Shown here: piece by piece, positions 56,496 through 64,000 of the stretch | Numbering within the stretch: position 1 is the first letter of the stretch | How the letters are laid out: every line of letters starts with the position of its first letter | Assembly: GCA_902535055.1 (NCBI GenBank) | Contig: CACASI010000002.1 | Location: 15,333 to 79,332 of the forward strand | Direction: 5' to 3' | Origin: an uncultured Candidatus Actinomarina sp. | Lineage (GTDB): Bacteria > Actinomycetota > Acidimicrobiia > Actinomarinales > Actinomarinaceae | DNA length: 64,000 nucleotides | Translations under genes and position numbers: made by a program | Notes under the pieces: generated by a model | What the model saw: only the letters and a program-made list of their open reading frames with translations | What the model was told of the DNA's origin: nothing | Databases searched by the model: none

Positions 56496-57546
56496 ATATA
56501 CATTATCAAAGCGCCAAGTTGTAAATGAACTCTCTACCTTTTATTCTTTTTTAGCAGGTTTTTTAATTGCCCTAATAATTGGTTCAGTCATTTTGTTAAT
56601 TCAGGATAAGAGCCCTATTGATACTTTTTCGCTTATGTTTAAATTATCAATTGGAAGTGTCAACAGCCTTAGCTCATCTTTAAATAAAGCTACTCCTCTA
56701 ATACTCGCGGGATTAGGAATAGCAATAATAAATACAGTGAAGCTTTGGAATATTGGTGCAGAAGGCCAAATCTTCATGGGTGCTATTGGTGTAAATCTAA
56801 TTTATATAAATTTTCAATTAACCAGCTCAACATCATTTATTTTTTTACTTTTAGTTTCTGCATTTGTAGGAGGTGCAGTTTGTATTTTAATTCCTGCTGT
56901 TGCAAAGGTGCTATTTGGGGTTAATGAAATAATTACAACTTTATTGACAAACTATATCGTTATAGGTCTAACAATATATCTCGTAAATGGACCGTGGAAA
57001 GACCCTGGGTCATTAAATTTTCCAGCTGCAGCCTATGTAGGAAAGGAAGTATATTTGCCAACTATTTTTGGCAAATTAAGTTATGGATTCTTAATTTGTA
57101 TATTATTTACTGCTTTTGCACATTATCTTAAAAATAGTTCTGTTTTTGGGTACGAAATGAGGATTGCCGGTGGATCAGAAATGACTGCAATTTATGCAGG
57201 AATTAATGCTAAACAAAAAGCTTTTTTTGCAATGTTAATAGGAGGTGGGTTTGCAGGATTAGCTGGTGGAATAGAATTATTAAGCCAAACCCATCGTGTT
57301 TCTACAGGTATTTCACAGGGATTTGGATACACAGCAATAATTGTGGCCGCTATAACTGGAATGCGTCCTATCGGTATTTTTTTGGTTGGATCTCTATTTG
57401 GAGCATTATCCATTGGAGGTTCTGTTATTCAAACAATAGGTGTAAGCACATATATTGCGGATATAATTCAAGTCTCTACTCTATTTGGTGCATTAGTAAT
57501 TCAGTTTTTTTTCAATTATCAATTAAAAAGAGCTGATGATGGTTGA
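56482..57546 (+). CDS. ABC importer permease
   Basis: 354 aa and polytopic. It is operonic with the BMP SBP. Confidence 0.85.
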   Translation: MLVNKYTLSKRQVVNELSTFYSFLAGFLIALIIGSVILLIQDKSPIDTFSLMFKLSIGSVNSLSSSLNKATPLILAGLGIAIINTVKLWNIGAEGQIFMGAIGVNLIYINFQLTSSTSFIFLLLVSAFVGGAVCILIPAVAKVLFGVNEIITTLLTNYIVIGLTIYLVNGPWKDPGSLNFPAAAYVGKEVYLPTIFGKLSYGFLICILFTAFAHYLKNSSVFGYEMRIAGGSEMTAIYAGINAKQKAFFAMLIGGGFAGLAGGIELLSQTHRVSTGISQGFGYTAIIVAAITGMRPIGIFLVGSLFGALSIGGSVIQTIGVSTYIADIIQVSTLFGALVIQFFFNYQLKRADDG

Positions 57547-58462
57547 TATTCAATTTCTTGGATTGTTAAATGCAACATTACAAGCTGCAACACTCTTATT
57601 TATAGCTTCGCTTGGAGAATTGATTACAGAAAAATCTGGAATTCTTAATCTTGGAGTTGAAGGAATGATATCAATAGGAGCAGTTGCAGGATTTATGACA
57701 GCGGTAAATACCAACAATATTTTTCTCGCTATAGTTGTAGGAATTCTATCATCATCAATCTTTGCATCTATTCATGCAATTGTGACAGTAATTTTAAAAC
57801 AAGATCAAACAGTTTCCGGTTTAATATTAACAATACTTGGTTTAGCTGTTTCCTCATTGCTTGGGAAAAATTATGTAGGTAGAAAGCTTGAAACAAAGCT
57901 TGAAAGTATTTTCTCTATAGAGAATCCATCTAATGTTTTAGAAGTTTTTTTAAATCAAAACATAATTTTTTATCTCGCAATTATATTTACAATAACAATT
58001 TCTTACATACTTAAGAACACAATGTTTGGTACAAGATTTCAAGCTGTTGGAGAAGATTCAAAAGCAGCTGACTCAATGGGACTTAATGTTACAAAGACTC
58101 AGTTTATTGCCACTTGTATTGGTGGAGCATTCGCCGGACTTTCAGGAGTTTATTTAACATTAAGTTACGTACCATATTGGACTGATAATATGACTGCCGG
58201 TAGAGGTTGGATAGCACTGGCATTAGTAATTTTTGGAGGATGGAAGCCTTATAGAACTGCCCTAGGTGCTCTTTTATTTGGTTTTCTTGAAGCTTTAGTT
58301 CCAAGATTGCAAACATATGGTTTTGAATTAAATCCTTACATCGTAAAGATTGCTCCTTATGTCATAACAATTCTAGTTCTAGTTTTGCTCACAATTTACA
58401 AAGGTGGAAAAACTGGAGCTCCCAAAAATATTGGAATTTCATTCTTTAGAGAAAATAGATAA
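57536..58462 (+). CDS. ABC importer permease
   Basis: 308 aa and polytopic. It overlaps the previous permease gene. Confidence 0.85.
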   Translation: MMVDIQFLGLLNATLQAATLLFIASLGELITEKSGILNLGVEGMISIGAVAGFMTAVNTNNIFLAIVVGILSSSIFASIHAIVTVILKQDQTVSGLILTILGLAVSSLLGKNYVGRKLETKLESIFSIENPSNVLEVFLNQNIIFYLAIIFTITISYILKNTMFGTRFQAVGEDSKAADSMGLNVTKTQFIATCIGGAFAGLSGVYLTLSYVPYWTDNMTAGRGWIALALVIFGGWKPYRTALGALLFGFLEALVPRLQTYGFELNPYIVKIAPYVITILVLVLLTIYKGGKTGAPKNIGISFFRENR

Positions 58463-58538
58463 ATAATAATAATTACAAATCTTATTTGCTAATATAAATA
58501 TAGCTTTAAACAATGTCTGTGAGCATTGAAAGGATAAA

Positions 58539-59015
58539 ATGACAATAGATAAAATTCTATTCCGACTCAGTAAAGAAATCATTGAATCAAATATCTTGAA
58601 TCCTTATTTATTAGGCATTCCTAAAAGAGGTGACCTTTTAGCGCAACGGATATCAAATAATTTATTAGCTGAAAACTTTAAACATGATATTGGCAAAGTA
58701 GATTATTTACCATTTAGAGATGACTTGGACAAAAATGTCGAAAAAAATATTCTAGAAATATCACCTGAAGATAGAGACATAATATTGATTGACGATGTTA
58801 TCTATACCGGAAGAACATTGAGGGCATCTATTGAAGCTGTAATGTACTCTGGTCGACCAAAATCTATTTCTCTTTTATGCCTTATTGACAGAGGACACAG
58901 AGAACTTCCTATCAGCCCTAAATTTGTAGGTAAAAATATTCCAACAAATCAAGATGAATATGTTTCCGTATTTTTGAAAGAAATAGATAGTGAAGATAAG
59001 GTCGAGGTAACGTAA
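58539..59015 (+). CDS. pyrR: Pyrimidine operon regulator / uracil phosphoribosyltransferase PyrR
   Basis: 158 aa with LLGIPKRGDLLAQRI and the ILIDDVIYTGRTLRA PRPP motif. It lies immediately upstream of pyrB. Confidence 0.85.
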   Translation: MTIDKILFRLSKEIIESNILNPYLLGIPKRGDLLAQRISNNLLAENFKHDIGKVDYLPFRDDLDKNVEKNILEISPEDRDIILIDDVIYTGRTLRASIEAVMYSGRPKSISLLCLIDRGHRELPISPKFVGKNIPTNQDEYVSVFLKEIDSEDKVEVT

Positions 59016-59017
59016 GA

Positions 59018-59896
59018 ATGAGACATCTTTTAGATTTTCAAGATGTAAATAAAAATCATTTAGAAAATCTAATTGAAGAATCAAGATCTCTAAAAATTAA
59101 ATCAAAAAATTTAGATACTCTAGCTCTTTTAAAGTTTGACGAACCTTCAACAAGAACACGACTTTCATTTGCTATTGCAGCTGAAAAACTTGGAATAAAA
59201 ACTTTTGAATCGTCAGATGTTATATCAGCAAAACAAAAAGGAGAAATGCTTCAACACGAATTAGAGACATATATTTCTATGGGAATCGAAATATTAGTAC
59301 TTAGGACAAAAGAAAATAATATTAATGACTACAAAGAATTTAAGGAAATTGGAATTATTAGTGGAGGATTTGGAAACAAATCTCATCCGACTCAAGCACT
59401 AATTGACATCTCAACACTTTATACCTTTGATAAACTCACTGATACATCTACCCCGGTGACTTACGTGGGTGACGTAAAACATTCGAGGGTATTTGAATCA
59501 GGAAGACAGCTTTTAAATTTACTAGGATACAAAGTTGGTGTCTTTACAGATCAGAAGCTACTTCCAGACAACAAAAATGGTCTTGAAATCTATGAATCAT
59601 GGGGTGAAGTTTTTGAAAATTCTAATTCGGTAGAACTTCTAAGAGTACAAAAAGAAAGAATGCTAGATATTGAAAAAATAAATTTCGATAATTACATAAA
59701 GAATTATCAACTTACAAAAAAGATCTTAGATAAATCTCAAAAAGATTTAATTGTTCTTCATCCAATGCCAATCAATATTGGTATTGAGATTTCAGAAGAT
59801 GCAATTGAAGATACAAAAATAAAATATATCGACCAACTTTCACATGCGATACCTTCAAGAATTGCAGCATATAAATATGTGAAAGGAGAAATATGA
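59018..59896 (+). CDS. pyrB: Aspartate carbamoyltransferase catalytic subunit
   Basis: 292 aa with the STRTR motif (EPSTRTRLSF), an HPTQ block and an HPMP block. Confidence 0.9.
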   Translation: MRHLLDFQDVNKNHLENLIEESRSLKIKSKNLDTLALLKFDEPSTRTRLSFAIAAEKLGIKTFESSDVISAKQKGEMLQHELETYISMGIEILVLRTKENNINDYKEFKEIGIISGGFGNKSHPTQALIDISTLYTFDKLTDTSTPVTYVGDVKHSRVFESGRQLLNLLGYKVGVFTDQKLLPDNKNGLEIYESWGEVFENSNSVELLRVQKERMLDIEKINFDNYIKNYQLTKKILDKSQKDLIVLHPMPINIGIEISEDAIEDTKIKYIDQLSHAIPSRIAAYKYVKGEI

Positions 59897-60948
59897 TTGA
59901 AATTCCTGGATTTATAGATCTTCATACACATACAAGATATCCTGATACCGATAAATTTCCATACAATGACATAGATGAATCAGCAATTAATGGTGGATTC
60001 TCAACTTTACTTGCAATGCCAAATTCAGAAATACCAATTGATTCAATAAAAAATCTCAAGATTGCAGAGGAAATAGATAAAAAATTAAAAACAAAGGTAC
60101 ATCGTGTCGGCGCATTAACTAAAGATTTAGACGGAAAGGAACTAGTAAATTATAAAGAATTCATTGAAAACGGTATCACAATTTTTTCAGATGATGGAAA
60201 GTCATTAATTGATGATAACTTAGCTGATGAGGCATTTAAAATAATAAGTGCGCTTGGCGGTGCGATCTTTCAACATTGTGAAAAAAGTTGTCACTCTAGA
60301 CCTGGTGATATAGCTCCTCCAAATGCTGATAATGACTTAATTCCAATAAACAATGATGAGGAATTGGAAGTTCTTGCAAGAGATTTAAATTTATCTGAAA
60401 AGTATGGAACAAGATATCACGCACAACATCTATCAACTTACGAGAGCGTACAGCTTATCAAAAAAGCGAAACAAGAAGGTCTTCCTGTCACTGCTGAAGT
60501 AACACCTCATCACATACTGCTTAATAATGAGAATTTGGATACAAATAATGGACTTTATAAAATGTACCCACCCATCAGAACTGAAAAAGATAGAGAAGGA
60601 CTGGTTGAAGGTTTACAGTCTGGAGTAATAGATGTGATTGCTACGGATCATGCACCCCATAAATTAGAAACGAAAACTGTTCCTTTTAAAGATGCAAATC
60701 GTGGTGTTGTAGGACTTGAATCAGCATTTCCTCTCATATACAGTTCAAATATTTTTGAATTAGACCAAATTTTAAAATTTTTGGTAACAAATCCTTTGAC
60801 AATACTTGAAGAACTTGGATACGAAATACCAAAAATAGTGAACACATGGAAGAAGTCAAAATCAGTATTTATCACTAAATCAAAATATAAAAATTCATTA
60901 TTTGAAAATGAAAATATTGAAATTCAAAGGGTTCTATCAAATGTATAA
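59893..60948 (+). CDS. pyrC: Dihydroorotase (short form)
   Basis: 351 aa with DLHTH at the N-terminus and an ATDHAPH block. Confidence 0.85.
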   Translation: MIEIPGFIDLHTHTRYPDTDKFPYNDIDESAINGGFSTLLAMPNSEIPIDSIKNLKIAEEIDKKLKTKVHRVGALTKDLDGKELVNYKEFIENGITIFSDDGKSLIDDNLADEAFKIISALGGAIFQHCEKSCHSRPGDIAPPNADNDLIPINNDEELEVLARDLNLSEKYGTRYHAQHLSTYESVQLIKKAKQEGLPVTAEVTPHHILLNNENLDTNNGLYKMYPPIRTEKDREGLVEGLQSGVIDVIATDHAPHKLETKTVPFKDANRGVVGLESAFPLIYSSNIFELDQILKFLVTNPLTILEELGYEIPKIVNTWKKSKSVFITKSKYKNSLFENENIEIQRVLSNV

Positions 60949-62041
60949 AAAGGCTTTACTTCTTAACCAAAATGGTGATGAATTTTTAGGATGGACAACT
61001 GAATTATTTCAACCTGCTACTGGAGAGCTCATATTTAATACAGCAATGACAGGTTTTGTAGAAATATTAAGTGACCCGTCATATATTAATCAAATAGTTA
61101 CTTTCACTTCTTCTCACGTGGGCAACTATGGAATGTCCCAAAGAGATTTTGAATCTAACATGCCAAAAATTGAAGCAGCTATCGGAAATTCTTTTACTGA
61201 CTTTCCTTCTTCTTGGAGATCTGAAAAATCAATAACGTCATGGCTAAAAGAATATGACATACCTTACAGTGGCGGGTTTGATGTTAGAAATATTACAAAA
61301 TATTTACGAGATAACGGTTCGAGCATGTTTGCACTTGGCGTAGATATTGATATTAAAGATTTAAAAGACATTTTACATAAAGCAAAAGATATTCTTGGCG
61401 ACAATTCAGCAATGACAGCAGGCAATCAAGAAGATAGGGATACATCTACTGATGGAAAAATCGGCATCATGGATCTTGGAGCAAAAAAAAGCATTGTAAA
61501 TGTACTTGAGGACCATGATTACAAAGTTGTTATGATTTCACCTACAACAACGTCAGATGAGATATTGAAGATGAACTTAAGAGGCCTTTTAATTTCGAAT
61601 GGACCAGGAGATCCAAGATCATTGCTAACAGTGATAAATACAATAAAAGAACTCATTGGAAAACTTCCAATATTTGGGATTTGTCTTGGTCATCAGATCC
61701 TTGGTTTAGCTTGTGGTCTTAAAGTTAAAAAAATGCAATTTGGTCATCATGGTTCAAATCATCCAGTAGAAATAGATGGAGTAAAAAAAGCCCTGATAAC
61801 TGCTCAAAATCATGGTTTTTCTATTGAGGAATTTGGAGATAGTTATAAACATAAGAATTTTGGAAATATAAATGTTTTTGCAAAAAACTTGAATGATGGA
61901 TCAAACGAGGGAATTAGTCTTTGGGACTCTATGGCTTATTCTGTTCAATTTCACCCAGAATCTGGCCCTGGCACAACTGATGGCCTACAAATTTTTAATC
62001 CTTTTTTTGAAATGATAGAGAATAATTATGCCAAAAAATAA
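60941..62041 (+). CDS. carA: Carbamoyl-phosphate synthase small (glutaminase) subunit
   Basis: It has [17 protein letters not shown] and the catalytic GICLGHQ and H..E triad blocks. I preferred the in-frame ATG at 60941 (MYKKALLL...), which overlaps the pyrC stop and aligns with the E. coli CarA N-terminus. The ORF track starts at 60902. Confidence 0.88.
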   Translation: MYKKALLLNQNGDEFLGWTTELFQPATGELIFNTAMTGFVEILSDPSYINQIVTFTSSHVGNYGMSQRDFESNMPKIEAAIGNSFTDFPSSWRSEKSITSWLKEYDIPYSGGFDVRNITKYLRDNGSSMFALGVDIDIKDLKDILHKAKDILGDNSAMTAGNQEDRDTSTDGKIGIMDLGAKKSIVNVLEDHDYKVVMISPTTTSDEILKMNLRGLLISNGPGDPRSLLTVINTIKELIGKLPIFGICLGHQILGLACGLKVKKMQFGHHGSNHPVEIDGVKKALITAQNHGFSIEEFGDSYKHKNFGNINVFAKNLNDGSNEGISLWDSMAYSVQFHPESGPGTTDGLQIFNPFFEMIENNYAKK

Positions 62042-64000
62042 AGATATCAAAAGCATTTTGATAATTGGATCAGGGCCAATTGTCATTGGTCAAGCTTGTG
62101 AGTTTGATTACTCAGGATCTCAAGCAGCAAAAGCACTTAAAAAAGATGGATATCGAGTGATACTCGTAAATTCAAATCCTGCAACTATCATGACGGATCC
62201 AGAAATGGCGGATGCAACATATATTGAGCCTTTGACCTTTAATTATTTAAAAAGAATAATTGAAATAGAAAAACCGGATGCAGTGCTTCCAACACTTGGA
62301 GGACAAACTGCTCTTAACTTATCCATGGAGCTCGAACAAAATGATGTTTTGAAAGAAAATAATGTAGTGCTTTTGGGAGCTTCTGCCAGTGCTATAGAGA
62401 TTGCAGAAAACCGTTGGAAATTCAAAGAAGCAATGGACAGTGTTGGAATCAAAACACTTAAGGCCACTTATGCTAAAACTTTTGAAGAAGGAATGAATGC
62501 AAGCACAGAAATAGGTTTTCCATTAATGCTAAGACCTTCTTTTATTCTTGGAGGAGGTGGTACAAGCGTTGTAAATAATGAAGAAGATTTTCAATCAAAA
62601 CTAAATGACGCGTTTAATGCATCTCCTACTCAGGAAGTTTTAATTGAAGAATCAATATATGGATGGAAAGAGTTCGAACTAGAAGTAATGAGAGATAGTG
62701 ATGGTAACGGTGTAATTGTTTGTGGAATAGAAAATTTTGATCCTATGGGTATTCATACCGGAGATTCAATTACTGTTGCCCCTATTCAAACCTTATCTGA
62801 TAAAGAGTATCAAATTATGAGAGATGAGGCATTGCTTTGTCTAGATACAATTGGAATAGCAACTGGTGGTAGCAATGTACAATTTGCTGTGAATCCAAAA
62901 AATGGTGATCGAAGAATAATTGAAATGAATCCGAGGGTTTCACGATCATCTGCTCTTGCTTCAAAAGCAACTGGATTTCCAATAGCAAAGTTCGCTGCTT
63001 TATTAGCAGTAGGTTATAACTTAACTGAACTTGAAAATGATATTACTGGAACAACGCCTGCAAGTTTTGAGCCGGTACAAGATTATGTGGTAGTAAAAAT
63101 TCCAAGATTTGATTTCCCAAAATTTCCTTCAACTGACGATATTCTAGGTACATCAATGCAAAGCGTTGGTGAAGTAATGTCAATTGCTTCAACTTTTACT
63201 GAAAGCTTAACTAAAGCAATAAGGTCCCTTGAAATAGGAAAATCAGGTATAAGAAATATAGATAATAGATTTATAGGAATGCCAAAAGAAATATTACAAG
63301 ATGAAATTAGAACACCCAGACCCAGAAGAATATTTGCAATTCTTGAAGCAATTAGAAGGAACTGGCCACTTGAAGACATAGCAAAAATATCTTCTGTAGA
63401 TATATGGTTTTTACAAGAAATTGAAAAAAGCTTTAATGTGGATCCAATAAATACACCCTCCTCTGTATTAAAGATGCTTGGATGGACTGAAGAAGATCTT
63501 GATAATAAAGAGTCTAAAAATGAATTAGAAAATAACAGAGTTTATAAGCTAGTTGATACGTGTTCAGCTGAGTTTCAATCAAAAACGCCTTATTTATATT
63601 CAACTAATGGTGTAAGTAATGATGACATAACTACTGAGAAAAAGAAGGTAGTAGTTATTGGATCGGGACCAAATAGAATTGGCCAGGGAATTGAGTTCGA
63701 TTATTGCTGTGTCCATGGAATAAGTTCGTTAAAAGAGAATGGATTTGAAGCAATAATGATCAACTCAAACCCTGAAACTGTTTCAACAGATTACGATACC
63801 GCAGACAAACTTTATTTTGAGCCCCTTACATGGCGAGAAGTCAAATCTGTATTAAACAGGGAAAAACCAGATTCTGTAATCATTCAACTTGGAGGACAAA
63901 CTCCATTGAAATTAGCAGAGAATATATCAAAAGAAGGCTTTAATATTGCTGGTTCGTCATTAGATGTAATCGATAAAACAGAAGACAGAGATCTGTTTCA
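62028..64000 (+). CDS. carB: Carbamoyl-phosphate synthase large subunit, 3'-truncated by the window edge
   Basis: My translation from the ATG at 62028 gives [30 protein letters not shown]..., a classic CarB N-terminus. It stays open to the end of the window, and the second ATP-grasp half starts near [20 protein letters not shown]. Confidence 0.95.
   Translation, partial: MPKNKDIKSILIIGSGPIVIGQACEFDYSGSQAAKALKKDGYRVILVNSNPATIMTDPEMADATYIEPLTFNYLKRIIEIEKPDAVLPTLGGQTALNLSMELEQNDVLKENNVVLLGASASAIEIAENRWKFKEAMDSVGIKTLKATYAKTFEEGMNASTEIGFPLMLRPSFILGGGGTSVVNNEEDFQSKLNDAFNASPTQEVLIEESIYGWKEFELEVMRDSDGNGVIVCGIENFDPMGIHTGDSITVAPIQTLSDKEYQIMRDEALLCLDTIGIATGGSNVQFAVNPKNGDRRIIEMNPRVSRSSALASKATGFPIAKFAALLAVGYNLTELENDITGTTPASFEPVQDYVVVKIPRFDFPKFPSTDDILGTSMQSVGEVMSIASTFTESLTKAIRSLEIGKSGIRNIDNRFIGMPKEILQDEIRTPRPRRIFAILEAIRRNWPLEDIAKISSVDIWFLQEIEKSFNVDPINTPSSVLKMLGWTEEDLDNKESKNELENNRVYKLVDTCSAEFQSKTPYLYSTNGVSNDDITTEKKKVVVIGSGPNRIGQGIEFDYCCVHGISSLKENGFEAIMINSNPETVSTDYDTADKLYFEPLTWREVKSVLNREKPDSVIIQLGGQTPLKLAENISKEGFNIAGSSLDVIDKTEDRDLF

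Noticed and set aside
58463-58538. PyrR-binding anti-antiterminator loop upstream of pyrR
   Set aside because: A small hairpin CAATG-TCTGTGAG-CATTG precedes the RBS. Its loop matches the UCCAGAGAGG PyrR-box consensus poorly, and no terminator follows. The evidence is insufficient.
60902-60940. Upstream start for carA (MKMKILKFKGFYQ...)
   Set aside because: The extension lies wholly inside pyrC and does not align with CarA N-termini. The ATG at 60941, which overlaps the pyrC stop, gives the canonical N-terminus.
1-64000. CRISPR arrays, transposases/IS elements, prophage, toxin-antitoxin or known defence genes
   Set aside because: I looked for spaced direct repeats, terminal inverted repeats, integrase/transposase motifs and small paired ORFs. 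The only repeats are the in-gene hexanucleotide microsatellite and the PG-binding domain duplications.

Overview
This is a very AT-rich, tightly packed bacterial chromosome segment. Intergenic spacers are tiny and many start/stop codons overlap. It is almost entirely housekeeping genes. I see no transposases, integrases, CRISPR arrays or recognisable defence genes. The gene content includes F420 genes cofD/cofE, a PPOX-type F420 enzyme, a DUF3152-like metzincin, a mycoredoxin-like Grx and an IMPase/HisN-like gene, and several starts look leaderless. By inference only, this fits a streamlined low-GC marine actinobacterium of the Ca. Actinomarinales type.

Content in order:
- rsmI (partial), a lipoprotein metalloprotease, mscL, an ABC exporter, lhgO and tmRNA.
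- A small accessory-looking patch: a hypothetical protein, a PPOX enzyme and an AhpD-like gene interrupted by one in-frame TGA.
- A long minus-strand block: serA-like, IMPase, grx-like, trxA, smpB, M23 peptidase, ftsX, ftsE, prfB with its programmed +1 frameshift, secA, ahcY, PGI/PMI and PMM.
- A GT2 / GtrA / large polytopic membrane protein glycosylation module, then cofD-cofE, sugar-nucleotide genes and prpD with a citrate synthase-family gene.
- A class A PBP, pepA, a PduO-type adenosyltransferase and a 986-aa SpoIID/PG-binding wall protein.
- tkt and a 2-oxoacid dehydrogenase operon containing a LipB-LipA fusion and a fused E1 alpha/beta.
- sufCSE, a BMP-family ABC importer, and pyrR-pyrB-pyrC-carA-carB (partial).

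Most interesting:
1. A candidate selenocysteine codon with a SECIS-like GGUC-loop hairpin in the AhpD-like gene.
2. The three-component extracytoplasmic glycosylation module with a translationally coupled Cys-rich mini-protein.
3. The LipB-LipA fusion.
4. A roughly 135-aa acidic insertion in the PBP transpeptidase domain.

I found no convincing novel multi-gene defence or mobile system.
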